A program made the translations under genes and the position numbers. From a bacterium (lineage in GTDB: Bacteria; Krumholzibacteriota; Krumholzibacteriia; G020349025), in NCBI GenBank assembly GCA_031362565.1, contig JANLSU010000067.1, positions 44,742-108,741 on the forward strand: a DNA stretch of 64,000 nucleotides, given 5' to 3'. The notes beneath the pieces were generated by a model. That model searched no databases, had not been told where the DNA came from, and saw only the letters and a list, made by a program, of their open reading frames with translations. Below, piece by piece: positions 38,919-48,035 of this stretch (positions are counted from its first letter, which is position 1; each line of letters starts with the position of its first letter).

Positions 38919-40450
38919 TGGAACCGACGGTTTCGACGCCGGTGAAAGCGCCCCTTGCCGGCGTGGTGCCGGCGGCCCGCGCCAACGGCACGACGCCGAC
39001 GCTGTTCGAGAAGAGCCGCGCCGGACGCCGCGCCTACCGCTTGCCGGCTTGGGAAGGCCATGACACGCGTCCGGAGGAATTGCTGCCGGCGCATCTCGTC
39101 CGCCAGGGCTCGATCGGCCTGCCGGAAGTCGGTGAGCCGCAGCTCGTGCGGCACTTCATCGAGTTGTCGGTGAAGAACCACCACATCGACAAGGCGTTCT
39201 ATCCGCTCGGCAGTTGCACGATGAAGTACAACCCGAAGATCAACGAGGACGTGGCGCGGCTCGATGCCTTTCGCGGCATGCACCCGCTGCAGGACGATGA
39301 GGATTCGCAAGGTGTCCTGGAGGTCCTGTGGCAGTTGCGTGAAGCGCTGCAGGAAGTCACCGGTATGGAAGAGGTCTGTCTCCTGCCGGCGGCGGGTGCG
39401 CACGGCGAGTACTTGGCGATGAAGATGATTCGCCGCCATTTCATCGCCACCGGCCATCCGGAGCGCGACCTGGTGATCATCCCGGACTCGGCGCATGGCA
39501 CCAATCCGGCGAGCGTTCGCATGGCCGGCATGCGCACGGTGCAATTGGCGTCCGGCGCCGACGGCCTGCTCGATGTCGAGAAGCTGAAGGCGCTGCTCGA
39601 CGATCGTGTCGCGGCCATCATGATCACCAATCCGACGACCGTCGGCTTGTTCGAGGCGCGGATCGTCGAGGTCAACGCGCTCGTGCACGCCGCCGGCGCT
39701 TTCGTCTACATGGACGGCGCCAATATGAATGCTCTGGTGGGCGTGGCGCGTCCCGGCGACATGGGCTTCGACATCATGCACCTCAATTTGCACAAGACGT
39801 TCTCGACGCCGCATGGCGGCGGCGGCCCGGGCGCCGGCCCAATCGGCGTGCGGGGTGTCCTGCGGCGCTACATTCCCGGGCCGCGCATCGAGCGTGATGC
39901 GGGCGGCCGCTTCTGCTGGGGCCCGGCGCCGGATGGCGCCGTCGGTTCGATTCATTCGTACTGGGGCAACTTCGGCATCCTGCTGCGGGCGCTCACGTAC
40001 GTGAAGTCGAACGGTTCGGACGGATTGCGGCGCATCGCCGAAAACGCCGTGCTGAACGCCAACTACCTGCGCGCCAAACTGCGCCATGCCTACGACGTCA
40101 AATACGAACGCCCGTGCATGCACGAGGTCGTGTTGCGCGGCACCGGTTTCCGCAAGTTCGGCGTCAAGACGCTCGACGTCGCCAAGCGGCTCATGGACTA
40201 CGGGATTCATCCGCCGACGATCTATTTCCCGCTCATCGTCGAAGATGCGCTGATGATCGAGCCGACGGAATGCGAGACGCTCGAGACGCTCGACCAATTT
40301 GTGGACGCGATGCTGGAGATTCGCCGCGAGATGGAAGAAAATCCCGAGGTCATTCTGCAGGCCCCGCACACGACGATCGTCCGGCGCTTGGACGAAGGCC
40401 TGGCGGCGCGCAATCTCGAACTGACGTGGGGCGGCGAAACACGCTCGTGA
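38918..40450 (+). CDS. gcvPB: Glycine dehydrogenase subunit 2
   Basis: YPLGSCTMKYNPK, DSAHGTNPAS, HLNLHKTFSTPHGGGGPG (PLP lysine), MIEPTE. Confidence 0.97.
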   Translation: MEPTVSTPVKAPLAGVVPAARANGTTPTLFEKSRAGRRAYRLPAWEGHDTRPEELLPAHLVRQGSIGLPEVGEPQLVRHFIELSVKNHHIDKAFYPLGSCTMKYNPKINEDVARLDAFRGMHPLQDDEDSQGVLEVLWQLREALQEVTGMEEVCLLPAAGAHGEYLAMKMIRRHFIATGHPERDLVIIPDSAHGTNPASVRMAGMRTVQLASGADGLLDVEKLKALLDDRVAAIMITNPTTVGLFEARIVEVNALVHAAGAFVYMDGANMNALVGVARPGDMGFDIMHLNLHKTFSTPHGGGGPGAGPIGVRGVLRRYIPGPRIERDAGGRFCWGPAPDGAVGSIHSYWGNFGILLRALTYVKSNGSDGLRRIAENAVLNANYLRAKLRHAYDVKYERPCMHEVVLRGTGFRKFGVKTLDVAKRLMDYGIHPPTIYFPLIVEDALMIEPTECETLETLDQFVDAMLEIRREMEENPEVILQAPHTTIVRRLDEGLAARNLELTWGGETRS

Positions 40451-41328
40451 ACCGGGCGCCAAGCATCGCAACGCAGGTGGCCGCCGCACTGCTCGGTGCG
40501 ACGCTCGTGCGTGCGGGCGGCCCAGGGCTTCCCACCGAGCCGCCGGAAATCTTCTATCGCATCAACATTGCGGAACCGCGCACCAACCACGTCGATTGCG
40601 AAACGTGGTCGCAGTACGCCCGGCCGGATTCGCTCGATCTTTGGCGCTGGGCGCCGTCCTTCGCACGGATCCAGCGTGTCGAAGCCCATGTCTCGGCGGA
40701 AGGCCTGGTGCTCAACCCGCGGGGCGCACAAGAACGGCGCTATCGCGTCGAGGTGCCGCGCGGCGCACCGTTGAAATGGGAATACACCGCCGAGCTTGCG
40801 CCTGCGGATTCCATGCCGCACGCCTTTGGGCCCGCGTTCACCTGTTTTTGGCTCGGGAGTGTTCTCCTGGCTCCGGCGCGCTCGGATGTGCCGGACACTC
40901 CGGCCGTCGTGAAGGTGCTGCTCGATGCCCGATTGCCACATCATTGGAAAACCGCCGGTCCCTGGCCGGTCACCAACGGCATGTATACGGCGGCCACCGT
41001 CGGTGATTTGCTCGACGCGTTTCTGGGCTGCGGCATTTTCACGACTCGCGAGACATTGGTCGCGGCGGCCGCCTGCACGTTGCAAGTCGCGACGGCGCCG
41101 CCCCTCGTCGACAATCTCGGTGCGGAGCAATGCGCGGCACTCGCCGCCCGTTTCGGCCCCGGCCGCGCGACGGTGTTCGTCGTGCCCGGCAAGGGTGCGC
41201 CGCGCGCCTTCGTCGCGCACCGTTCGGCGCTTGTGGTCTGCCCCGCCGACGCGGCGGCGGGGTTCACGGCCGCCTGGCCGCACGCACGGAACTCGGCCGG
41301 TTGGCACGCAGGCGCGCCGTCCCAATGA
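40447..41328 (+). CDS. Secreted protein resembling the peptidase M61 N-terminal domain, with no catalytic motif
   Basis: GTGA overlap with gcvPB; signal-like N-terminus; IFYRINIAEP..NH, LPHHWKTAGPW..., YTAATVGDLLDAFLGCG resemble M61-N; no HExxH. Confidence 0.55.
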   Translation: MNRAPSIATQVAAALLGATLVRAGGPGLPTEPPEIFYRINIAEPRTNHVDCETWSQYARPDSLDLWRWAPSFARIQRVEAHVSAEGLVLNPRGAQERRYRVEVPRGAPLKWEYTAELAPADSMPHAFGPAFTCFWLGSVLLAPARSDVPDTPAVVKVLLDARLPHHWKTAGPWPVTNGMYTAATVGDLLDAFLGCGIFTTRETLVAAAACTLQVATAPPLVDNLGAEQCAALAARFGPGRATVFVVPGKGAPRAFVAHRSALVVCPADAAAGFTAAWPHARNSAGWHAGAPSQ

Positions 41329-41373
41329 TGATCGCGGTGGCAGGCCCTATTTGCTGCAACTCGGCAAACCGGT

Positions 41374-42159
41374 CTATTTGAGTTTGGCGATGATTCCGGC
41401 CGCGACATCGTCCTGAGGTTCGGGCCGCAGGTCGAGTTCGGTACAGAAGCCGTGCACTAGAGCTGCAACCAGTGCCGGGTAGGACGGCGCCGATCCCAGG
41501 ACATCGGCGAGGGTCGTGGTTTCGCGCCGCAAGCGTTCTTGCAGAGCCTTGCCCAGTGCGGGGTCGCGGCGCGTATCGGCGAGCAATTCCACCAGGCGCT
41601 CGTGCGCCCGGCCGGCCAAGAGTGAACCGTGCTGCAGAAAGGCATCACGGCTGCGGCGTTGTGCGCTGCCCACCAGCTTGCGGCCATCCACCAAGAGTTC
41701 AGCGCGGCCGGGTGACACGAAGCACGGGGCGCGCAAGAGGCGCCGTTCGGGATCGAGCGCCGGCCGCGACAATGCCGCGTCGACCCCGAGTTCGCGGAGT
41801 GCACTCGCCAGGCAGGCCCCGATGCGCGCTTGCGTCGCCGCTAAGTTGGCGCCGAAACGGGCGTCGCCGGTCGCCGCGACGATAGCGTAGGTGATCTCTT
41901 CCCAATGCAAGATGGCTCGTCCACCGGTCGGCCGGCGCACGACATCGATCCCCGCCGCGCGGCATGCTTCGAGGTCCAGCAAGTCCTCGGCCCGCTGCAT
42001 GAACCCCACCGAGACCGCGGCTGGACTCCACGTGTACAAGCGCAGCGTTGGCGCCGTGTCACTCCGATGCGCCGCTAACAGCTCCGCATCGCGCCCCATG
42101 TGCGTCGCGCCGTCCAGGCCCGGCTCGCATCGAATGTGCAGTACGGTCGGAAATCCCAT
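41374..42159 (-). CDS. Lipoate-protein ligase A / octanoyltransferase (LipM-like) family protein
   Basis: HMGRD..LL, PTLRLYTW, VVRRPTGGRAILH, GRKLVGSAQ, LQHGS. Confidence 0.92.
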   Translation of the reverse strand: MGFPTVLHIRCEPGLDGATHMGRDAELLAAHRSDTAPTLRLYTWSPAAVSVGFMQRAEDLLDLEACRAAGIDVVRRPTGGRAILHWEEITYAIVAATGDARFGANLAATQARIGACLASALRELGVDAALSRPALDPERRLLRAPCFVSPGRAELLVDGRKLVGSAQRRSRDAFLQHGSLLAGRAHERLVELLADTRRDPALGKALQERLRRETTTLADVLGSAPSYPALVAALVHGFCTELDLRPEPQDDVAAGIIAKLK

Positions 42160-42265
42160 GGACCCAGCCTAGCACGCCGGCGCCGCGCAACCGTGGCGTG
42201 CACCGTCGTCGCGCGGTGCGCCCAGGGTGGTGCACCGGCAGGCGGAATTCGGCTAGCATGCGCGC

Positions 42266-43825
42266 ATGGTGCGATTCACGACCGAGCGTTCAGGGTGGGC
42301 TTCGCAGTGCGCCATGGTCGTATTGCTCCTCGCCGGGTGCGGGCGTCGCGCCGCACCTCCGGTGCCGGAGTCCGGCGGCACGGTGCGCATCGCCGTGTTC
42401 CATCCACTCGACTCACCGGCGCCCGTCGCGGCGCTCGATCCGACGACAACCCAATTGCTCGAACACGTGCTGCCGCCGCTCGGGCGCATCGACGAGATCG
42501 GCAACGCCAAGGTCTACTTGGCGCGCCAGATCATCGATACCGGGGGCAGCGTCGAATTCACCCTGCGGCATGTGCGCTGGGATGACGGGCAGCCGGTGAC
42601 ACCCGCGGACTTCGTGCTGGCGGCGACGTTGCTCGCCGATCCAAAGGGCGGCGAGCGGGCGCGCGTCGAGTTGCTGCGCGCCGCGACCGCCGTCAATGAT
42701 TCGACGCTCCGGCTCGAGTACCTGACGATGTACGGGCGGCGCTTGCGCCATTCGTTGCTCGCCCCGGTGCCATCGCACTTGTGGACCGCGACGCAAGAAC
42801 CGGCGCGCTGGGCGCCGCGCCTGGCGTGCGGCCCCTACAAGGTGGTTGGATCGGCCGGCGACCGGCTGGCGCTGGTTCGCAACGACGTGTCCGGGTTTCC
42901 ACCGGCACGGCTCGATTCGGTGCAGGTCGAAGTGATGTCGCCCGACGAAGCGGTGCGGCGCTTTCTGCACGGCAGCATCGACGCCATCGAGGATCTGCCG
43001 GTGACTCTGGTCGAAAAGGTTCGGCACCACGCCAACGTCGTGGCGCTCGTCGGCCGGTCGTATGTGTTCATGGGATGGAACTTGCACGACGCGCGCTTCG
43101 GCATGCCGGTGGTGCGGCGGGCGGCGGCGCAGGCAGTCGACATGCAGCGGATCCTGCACGACTGGACGTTGGGGTTTGGCGATCCGTCGCGCGGACCACT
43201 CGTTCCGGCGCAAGCCTTCGCCGATACGAACTCGGTGTTGCCCTACGATCCGGCGGCGGCGGCACGGGCCCTCGAAGCCGCCGGTTGGATCGACTCCGAC
43301 CGTGACGGGGTGCGTGATCGCAACGGCGCGCGGCTGGCGTTTCATCTTCTGGTGCCGGACGGCGACCCGCTGCGGGCCGGTATTGCCCGGTGTGTGTCGG
43401 ACGATTTGAAAAGAGTCGGAATCGCGGCCGAAGTTCGCATGCTCTCGACCCGGGAGTTGTTGCAACGGTTGCAGAGCCGCAGTTTCGAGGCGTTCATGGG
43501 CCAGTGGTATCCCGATCCCGGGCTCGATCTCGACCCCGTCTGGCGCTCGGATTCCGGCGATCGCCACAACTATGTCGGCTACGAGAGTCCCGTGGCGGAC
43601 AGTTTGTTGACCCGCATGTGGCACGAACGGTCGGACGAAGAGCGCGCCGATGTGCTGGCACACTTCCAGGCGCGCGTCTATGCCGACCAGCCTTATCTCT
43701 TCCTGGTCGAGCAGCCGCATTTCTTGGTGCTCGCACGGCGGATTCGCGGCGCCGAGCCCAATGTCATCTCGCCGTACTGGAACCTGCCGCAATGGTGGAT
43801 TCCACGCGGTGAGCGGCAGCGTTGA
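42266..43825 (+). CDS. Peptide/nickel ABC transporter substrate-binding lipoprotein (family 5)
   Basis: Lipobox LLAGC; RWDDGQPVTPADF, CGPYKV, VRRAAAQAVD, YDPAAAARALEAAGW.D.D.DG. Confidence 0.9.
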   Translation: MVRFTTERSGWASQCAMVVLLLAGCGRRAAPPVPESGGTVRIAVFHPLDSPAPVAALDPTTTQLLEHVLPPLGRIDEIGNAKVYLARQIIDTGGSVEFTLRHVRWDDGQPVTPADFVLAATLLADPKGGERARVELLRAATAVNDSTLRLEYLTMYGRRLRHSLLAPVPSHLWTATQEPARWAPRLACGPYKVVGSAGDRLALVRNDVSGFPPARLDSVQVEVMSPDEAVRRFLHGSIDAIEDLPVTLVEKVRHHANVVALVGRSYVFMGWNLHDARFGMPVVRRAAAQAVDMQRILHDWTLGFGDPSRGPLVPAQAFADTNSVLPYDPAAAARALEAAGWIDSDRDGVRDRNGARLAFHLLVPDGDPLRAGIARCVSDDLKRVGIAAEVRMLSTRELLQRLQSRSFEAFMGQWYPDPGLDLDPVWRSDSGDRHNYVGYESPVADSLLTRMWHERSDEERADVLAHFQARVYADQPYLFLVEQPHFLVLARRIRGAEPNVISPYWNLPQWWIPRGERQR

Positions 43826-43933
43826 GGGTGGCTTGGCACCGCCGGCTTGCCGTTGCGCTTGCCGGGCAGGGCGGCGGCGCGCATATTCGCCGCCGGCGGC
43901 CGCATGGTTGCGGCGGCTGGTCCTGGAGGCGAC

Positions 43934-44917
43934 GTGCTGCGCTTGATCCTGCGCCGGTTGGTGCTGGCACCGGTTCTGGTGTTCGGCGTCGCGACCGTGG
44001 TGTTCTTCACCGCCCGGCTCCTGCCGGGTGATCCGTTGGAAGGGCTCGCGACCCCCGACACGGATCCGCAATACGTGCCGCGAATGCGCCACCAGCTCGG
44101 GCTCGACCGGCCGCTCCCGGAACAATACGCCCGCTGGATGCAAGCGTGCCTGCTGCATGGCGATCTCGGCACCAGCCTCATCGCGCGTCGCCCGGTGCGC
44201 GACCTCTTGCGCGAAGCATTGCCCAATACGTTACGTCTGACCACCCTGGCTTTGGCATTGCGCTGGACGCTCGCGCTGACGCTCGGCATCGCGTCGGCAT
44301 TGCGCCGCGGGCGCCGCGCCGAAACCGGGGTGCGGGTGCTGACCTTGGTCGTCGATGCCATGCCGGGCTTCGTTCTGGGCGTTCTCCTGCAACTATTGTT
44401 CGCGTACAAGTTGCGTTGGCTGCCGCCGGAAGGCATGGCTTCGGTCGACGCGGCATCGATGCCGGCGCTCGAACGCTGCGGCGATGCGCTCGCGCACTTG
44501 GCGCTGCCGGTCTTGGTGCTCGGGGTCGATGGCGTCGCGGTGCTGTCGCGCCACGTGCGGGCCAGCGTGCTGGAAGCGCTGGGCCGCGACCACGTGCGGG
44601 CGGCGCGGGCCCGCGGTCTCGACGAACGCGCCGTCGTGTGGCGGCATGGCATCCGGAACGGCATCGCGCCGATCGTCACCTTGCTCGGCCTCTCGTTGCC
44701 CGGACTCGTCGCTGGGTCGCTGCTCATCGAAGCGATCTTCTCGTGGCCCGGCATGGGGTGGCTGACGATTCACGCCGCCCTGACGCGTGACCAACCGGTT
44801 CTGCTGGCGACGACATTGCTTGCGGCCAGCCTCGTCGTGATCGGCAATCTCGCTGCCGATGTCGCGGCCGCGACCGCCGATCCGCGGACCCGCGAGCCGG
44901 GTGGGGCACACCCGTGA
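43934..44917 (+). CDS. Peptide ABC transporter permease (OppB/DppB-like)
   Basis: LLPGDP, LGLDRPLPEQY, GDLGTS, ARARGLDER, IEAIFSWPGMG; GGAGG RBS. Confidence 0.92.
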   Translation: MLRLILRRLVLAPVLVFGVATVVFFTARLLPGDPLEGLATPDTDPQYVPRMRHQLGLDRPLPEQYARWMQACLLHGDLGTSLIARRPVRDLLREALPNTLRLTTLALALRWTLALTLGIASALRRGRRAETGVRVLTLVVDAMPGFVLGVLLQLLFAYKLRWLPPEGMASVDAASMPALERCGDALAHLALPVLVLGVDGVAVLSRHVRASVLEALGRDHVRAARARGLDERAVVWRHGIRNGIAPIVTLLGLSLPGLVAGSLLIEAIFSWPGMGWLTIHAALTRDQPVLLATTLLAASLVVIGNLAADVAAATADPRTREPGGAHP

Positions 44918-45771
44918 CTGCACGCCCGACATCGAAACCGGCCCGCGCCCGCCGGCGCGCCCTGCGTGCCGCTCTCGCCTGCGCCGCGGTTGGCGTCTTG
45001 GTTGCCTTGCTGGCGCCGCGGTTGGCCCCGTACGATCCGTCGGCAGTCGGCGATCTCGTGCATGGCTACGGTGCACCGAGCCACGCCCATTGGCTGGGCA
45101 CCGATGAGTTTGGGCGCGACGTCTTGTCGCGCCTCTTGTGGGGCGCGCGCGTCTCGCTGACGATCGGTGGCCTGACGGCGCTCTTGGCCGGGACCCTCGG
45201 TGGGCTCGTGGGACTCGCGGCCGGGCTGCGGCCGGGGCCGGTCGACGCGATCCTGATGCGCGGCGTCGATCTCCTCTCGGCGTTGCCGCGCACGTACCTT
45301 GTCGTTCTCGTCGCCGGGCTCTTGCGGCCGTCGCTGCCGACGTTGGTCGTGGTCTTGGCGACGACCGGTTGGTTGCGCACCGCGCGTCTGGTGCGGGCCC
45401 AAGTGCACGGCGTGGCGCGCGGGCCGTACGTCGAAGCGGCGCGCGCCCTCGGCTTGTCGCCGTGGCGCATCGCGCTGCGGCACGTGTTGCCGAATGCCGC
45501 GGCGCCGCTCATCGTGTCGGTGACGGCGATGGTGGGCAACACGATTCTGGTCGAAAGTGGCCTGTCGTTTCTGGGTCTCGGCGTGCAAGTGCCGACGCCG
45601 AGTTGGGGCGCGATGGTGCAAGAAGGGCGCAAGGTGTTTCCGGAGCTGTGGTGGGTCGCGATCACTCCGAGCATCGCGATCACCTGCACCGTCTTGGCGT
45701 GCAACCTGCTCGGCGACGCGTTACGCGACGCACTCGACCCACGCTCGGCATCCACCGAAGGAGTGTCTTGA
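44914..45771 (+). CDS. Peptide ABC transporter permease (OppC/DppC-like)
   Basis: HWLGTDEFGRDVLSRL, YVEAARALG (EAA), HVLPN, LSFLGLG, GDALRDALDP. Confidence 0.93.
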   Translation: MTARPTSKPARARRRALRAALACAAVGVLVALLAPRLAPYDPSAVGDLVHGYGAPSHAHWLGTDEFGRDVLSRLLWGARVSLTIGGLTALLAGTLGGLVGLAAGLRPGPVDAILMRGVDLLSALPRTYLVVLVAGLLRPSLPTLVVVLATTGWLRTARLVRAQVHGVARGPYVEAARALGLSPWRIALRHVLPNAAAPLIVSVTAMVGNTILVESGLSFLGLGVQVPTPSWGAMVQEGRKVFPELWWVAITPSIAITCTVLACNLLGDALRDALDPRSASTEGVS

Positions 45772-46772
45772 AGCCGCCACTTCTCGAAGTGCGTGATCTC
45801 CGCGTCCGGTTCGAAACCGAACGCGGCCCGGCGGATGTCGTGAACGGCATGTCGTTCACCATCGCCGCGGGCGAGACCTTGGCGCTGGTCGGCGAATCGG
45901 GTTGTGGCAAGACGGTAACGGCGCTGGCGATCTTGCGTCTGCTGGGTGCGGCCGGCCGCATTGTCGGCGGCGAGGTGCGTTTCGACGGCCGGAACGTGCT
46001 CGACCTGGCGCCGCGCGAGCTGCGCGCGTTGCGCGGCCGCGCCATCGGCATGGTGTTCCAAGATCCGGTCGCGTCGTTGAATCCCGTTTTGTCGTGTGGC
46101 GATCAGATCGCCGAGGTGGTGCGGGCGCATGCGGCCTGCAGCCGCCTGGAGGCCCGGGCGCGGGCCCTCGAATTGTTGCGCCGGGTGCGCCTGCCGGATC
46201 CGGAACGGCAAGCGCGCGCCTATCCGCATCAGATGTCCGGTGGCATGTGCCAACGGGTCGGCATCGCGCTGGCGCTCGCCGGCGCGCCGCGATTGCTCAT
46301 CGCCGATGAACCGACGACCGCCCTCGATGTCACCGTGCAGGCACAACTGTGCGATTTGCTGCGCGAACTGCAGGCCGAAACCGGCATGGCGCTCTTGCTT
46401 GTGAGCCACGACCTCGGGCTGGTGGCAGGGCTCGCCGACCGCGTCGCCATCGCCTATGCCGGGCACGTCGTCGAAAGCGCGCCGGTGGAGCGTTTGTTCG
46501 CGGCGCCGCAACATCCCTACACGCGCGGCCTGTTGCGCGCACTGCCCGACATCGAAGCCGGGGCGCGGCCTTTCACCGCGATTCCGGGCAGCGTGCCGCA
46601 CCCCGCCGAGGTGCCGCCGTACTGCCGGTTTCAGCCGCGCTGCACGCACCGCATCGCAGTGTGTGGTCGCGAGGATCCGGCGCCGCGCGCCGTCCAGCCC
46701 GAGCACTGGGTCGCCTGTTGGGTCGATGTCGGGGCCACCGAGCCTTGGACACCGCCGGGAGGCCGGGCGTGA
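45768..46772 (+). CDS. Peptide ABC transporter ATPase (OppD/DppD-like)
   Basis: [38 protein letters not shown]-terminal CRFQPRC..C..AC. Confidence 0.93.
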   Translation: MKPPLLEVRDLRVRFETERGPADVVNGMSFTIAAGETLALVGESGCGKTVTALAILRLLGAAGRIVGGEVRFDGRNVLDLAPRELRALRGRAIGMVFQDPVASLNPVLSCGDQIAEVVRAHAACSRLEARARALELLRRVRLPDPERQARAYPHQMSGGMCQRVGIALALAGAPRLLIADEPTTALDVTVQAQLCDLLRELQAETGMALLLVSHDLGLVAGLADRVAIAYAGHVVESAPVERLFAAPQHPYTRGLLRALPDIEAGARPFTAIPGSVPHPAEVPPYCRFQPRCTHRIAVCGREDPAPRAVQPEHWVACWVDVGATEPWTPPGGRA

Positions 46773-47779
46773 CGACACCACTGCTCGAAGCCCGCGATCT
46801 CGAACGGCACTTCACGGTGTCGCAGGGCTTTGGCCGGCCGTCCCTTTGGGTGCGCGCCGTGGCGGGTGTGTCGCTCACCGTCCTGCCGGGAGAAACCCTG
46901 GGTGTCGTGGGTGAGTCCGGTTGCGGCAAGTCGACTCTGGCGCGTTTGCTGGCGCGTTTGCTCGATCCGAGCGCCGGACAACTGTTGTACGACGGACACG
47001 ACGCGCTGGCGATTCGCGGCGCCGCGCTGCGCGAGTGGCGGCGCCAGGTGCAGATCGTGTTTCAGGATCCGCTCGGCGCTCTCAACCCCCGCATGACCGT
47101 GGGGAGCGCCGTCGAAGAAGCGCTGACCGCGCATCGCCTTGCGCGCGGCCGGGCGGCCGGCGACCGGGTGGCGGCGCTCTTCGAGCAGGTGGGACTCGCG
47201 GCCGACCAAGTGAGCCGCTACCCACACGAGTTGTCCGGCGGGCAACGCCAGCGGGTGGGGATCGCCCGGGCGCTCGCCGTCGAGCCCCGTTTGCTGATCT
47301 GTGACGAGCCGGTCTCGGCGCTCGACGTGTCGGTGCAAGCGCAAATCTTGAATCTCTTGCGCGAACTGCAGGCGACGCTCGGCCTCTCGCTCGTCTTCAT
47401 TTCGCATGACTTGCGCGTCGTGCGTTCGATGTGCACCCGCGTCGCGGTCTTGTACCTGGGGCGCGTCGTCGAGACGGCGCCGGCGGCGGATCTCTATGCC
47501 ACGCCACAGCATCCGTACACCCGGGCGCTCTTGGCGGCGGTGCCGCGGCCGGTACCGCACGCGCGCCCCGTGGCGGGGGCGCCGGGCGAGCCGCCGAGTC
47601 CGGTGCACGTGCCTCCCGGCTGCGCGTTTCATCCGCGCTGCCCCGAGCGCCGCGCCGAATGCGACCGCGACCGGCCCGATCTGCGCCCGACCGGGCCCCT
47701 CCATGACGTGGCGTGCGTACTTTATCCCCTTGCCGCGGCTCCCGCCGGGGCCGCCCGCGTACCGCGTCTGGATCCGTAA
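46769..47779 (+). CDS. Peptide ABC transporter ATPase (OppF/DppF-like)
   Basis: [47 protein letters not shown]. Confidence 0.94.
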   Translation: MTTPLLEARDLERHFTVSQGFGRPSLWVRAVAGVSLTVLPGETLGVVGESGCGKSTLARLLARLLDPSAGQLLYDGHDALAIRGAALREWRRQVQIVFQDPLGALNPRMTVGSAVEEALTAHRLARGRAAGDRVAALFEQVGLAADQVSRYPHELSGGQRQRVGIARALAVEPRLLICDEPVSALDVSVQAQILNLLRELQATLGLSLVFISHDLRVVRSMCTRVAVLYLGRVVETAPAADLYATPQHPYTRALLAAVPRPVPHARPVAGAPGEPPSPVHVPPGCAFHPRCPERRAECDRDRPDLRPTGPLHDVACVLYPLAAAPAGAARVPRLDP

Positions 47780-47800
47780 GCCCTTGGCAAGGCAAGCCGA

Positions 47801-47829
47801 TTGACACGTCGCCGGGGGCCTTCTATATT
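47801..47829 (+). promoter_or_regulatory. Near-consensus sigma70 promoter of the TBDR-CTD protein-PorV operon
   Basis: TTGACA (47801-06), 17 bp, TATATT (47824-29). Confidence 0.75.
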
Positions 47830-48035
47830 GCACCTGCCACTCGCGGCTGAGTCCGTTGATCGCGCACGTCGCTCGCCCGACGCGGCAGGGCACACGGAGA
47901 GTTCGATCGCCGACCCCCACCGGTGACGGACCGTGGAAGGGTTGCATCGTCTCTCCATTTGCGTTTGGAGCGACGCGCGGGCTCATAACGCCATTTTGCG
48001 ACACACGACCGGATCTCGAAGGGGGAGTGAGGACT

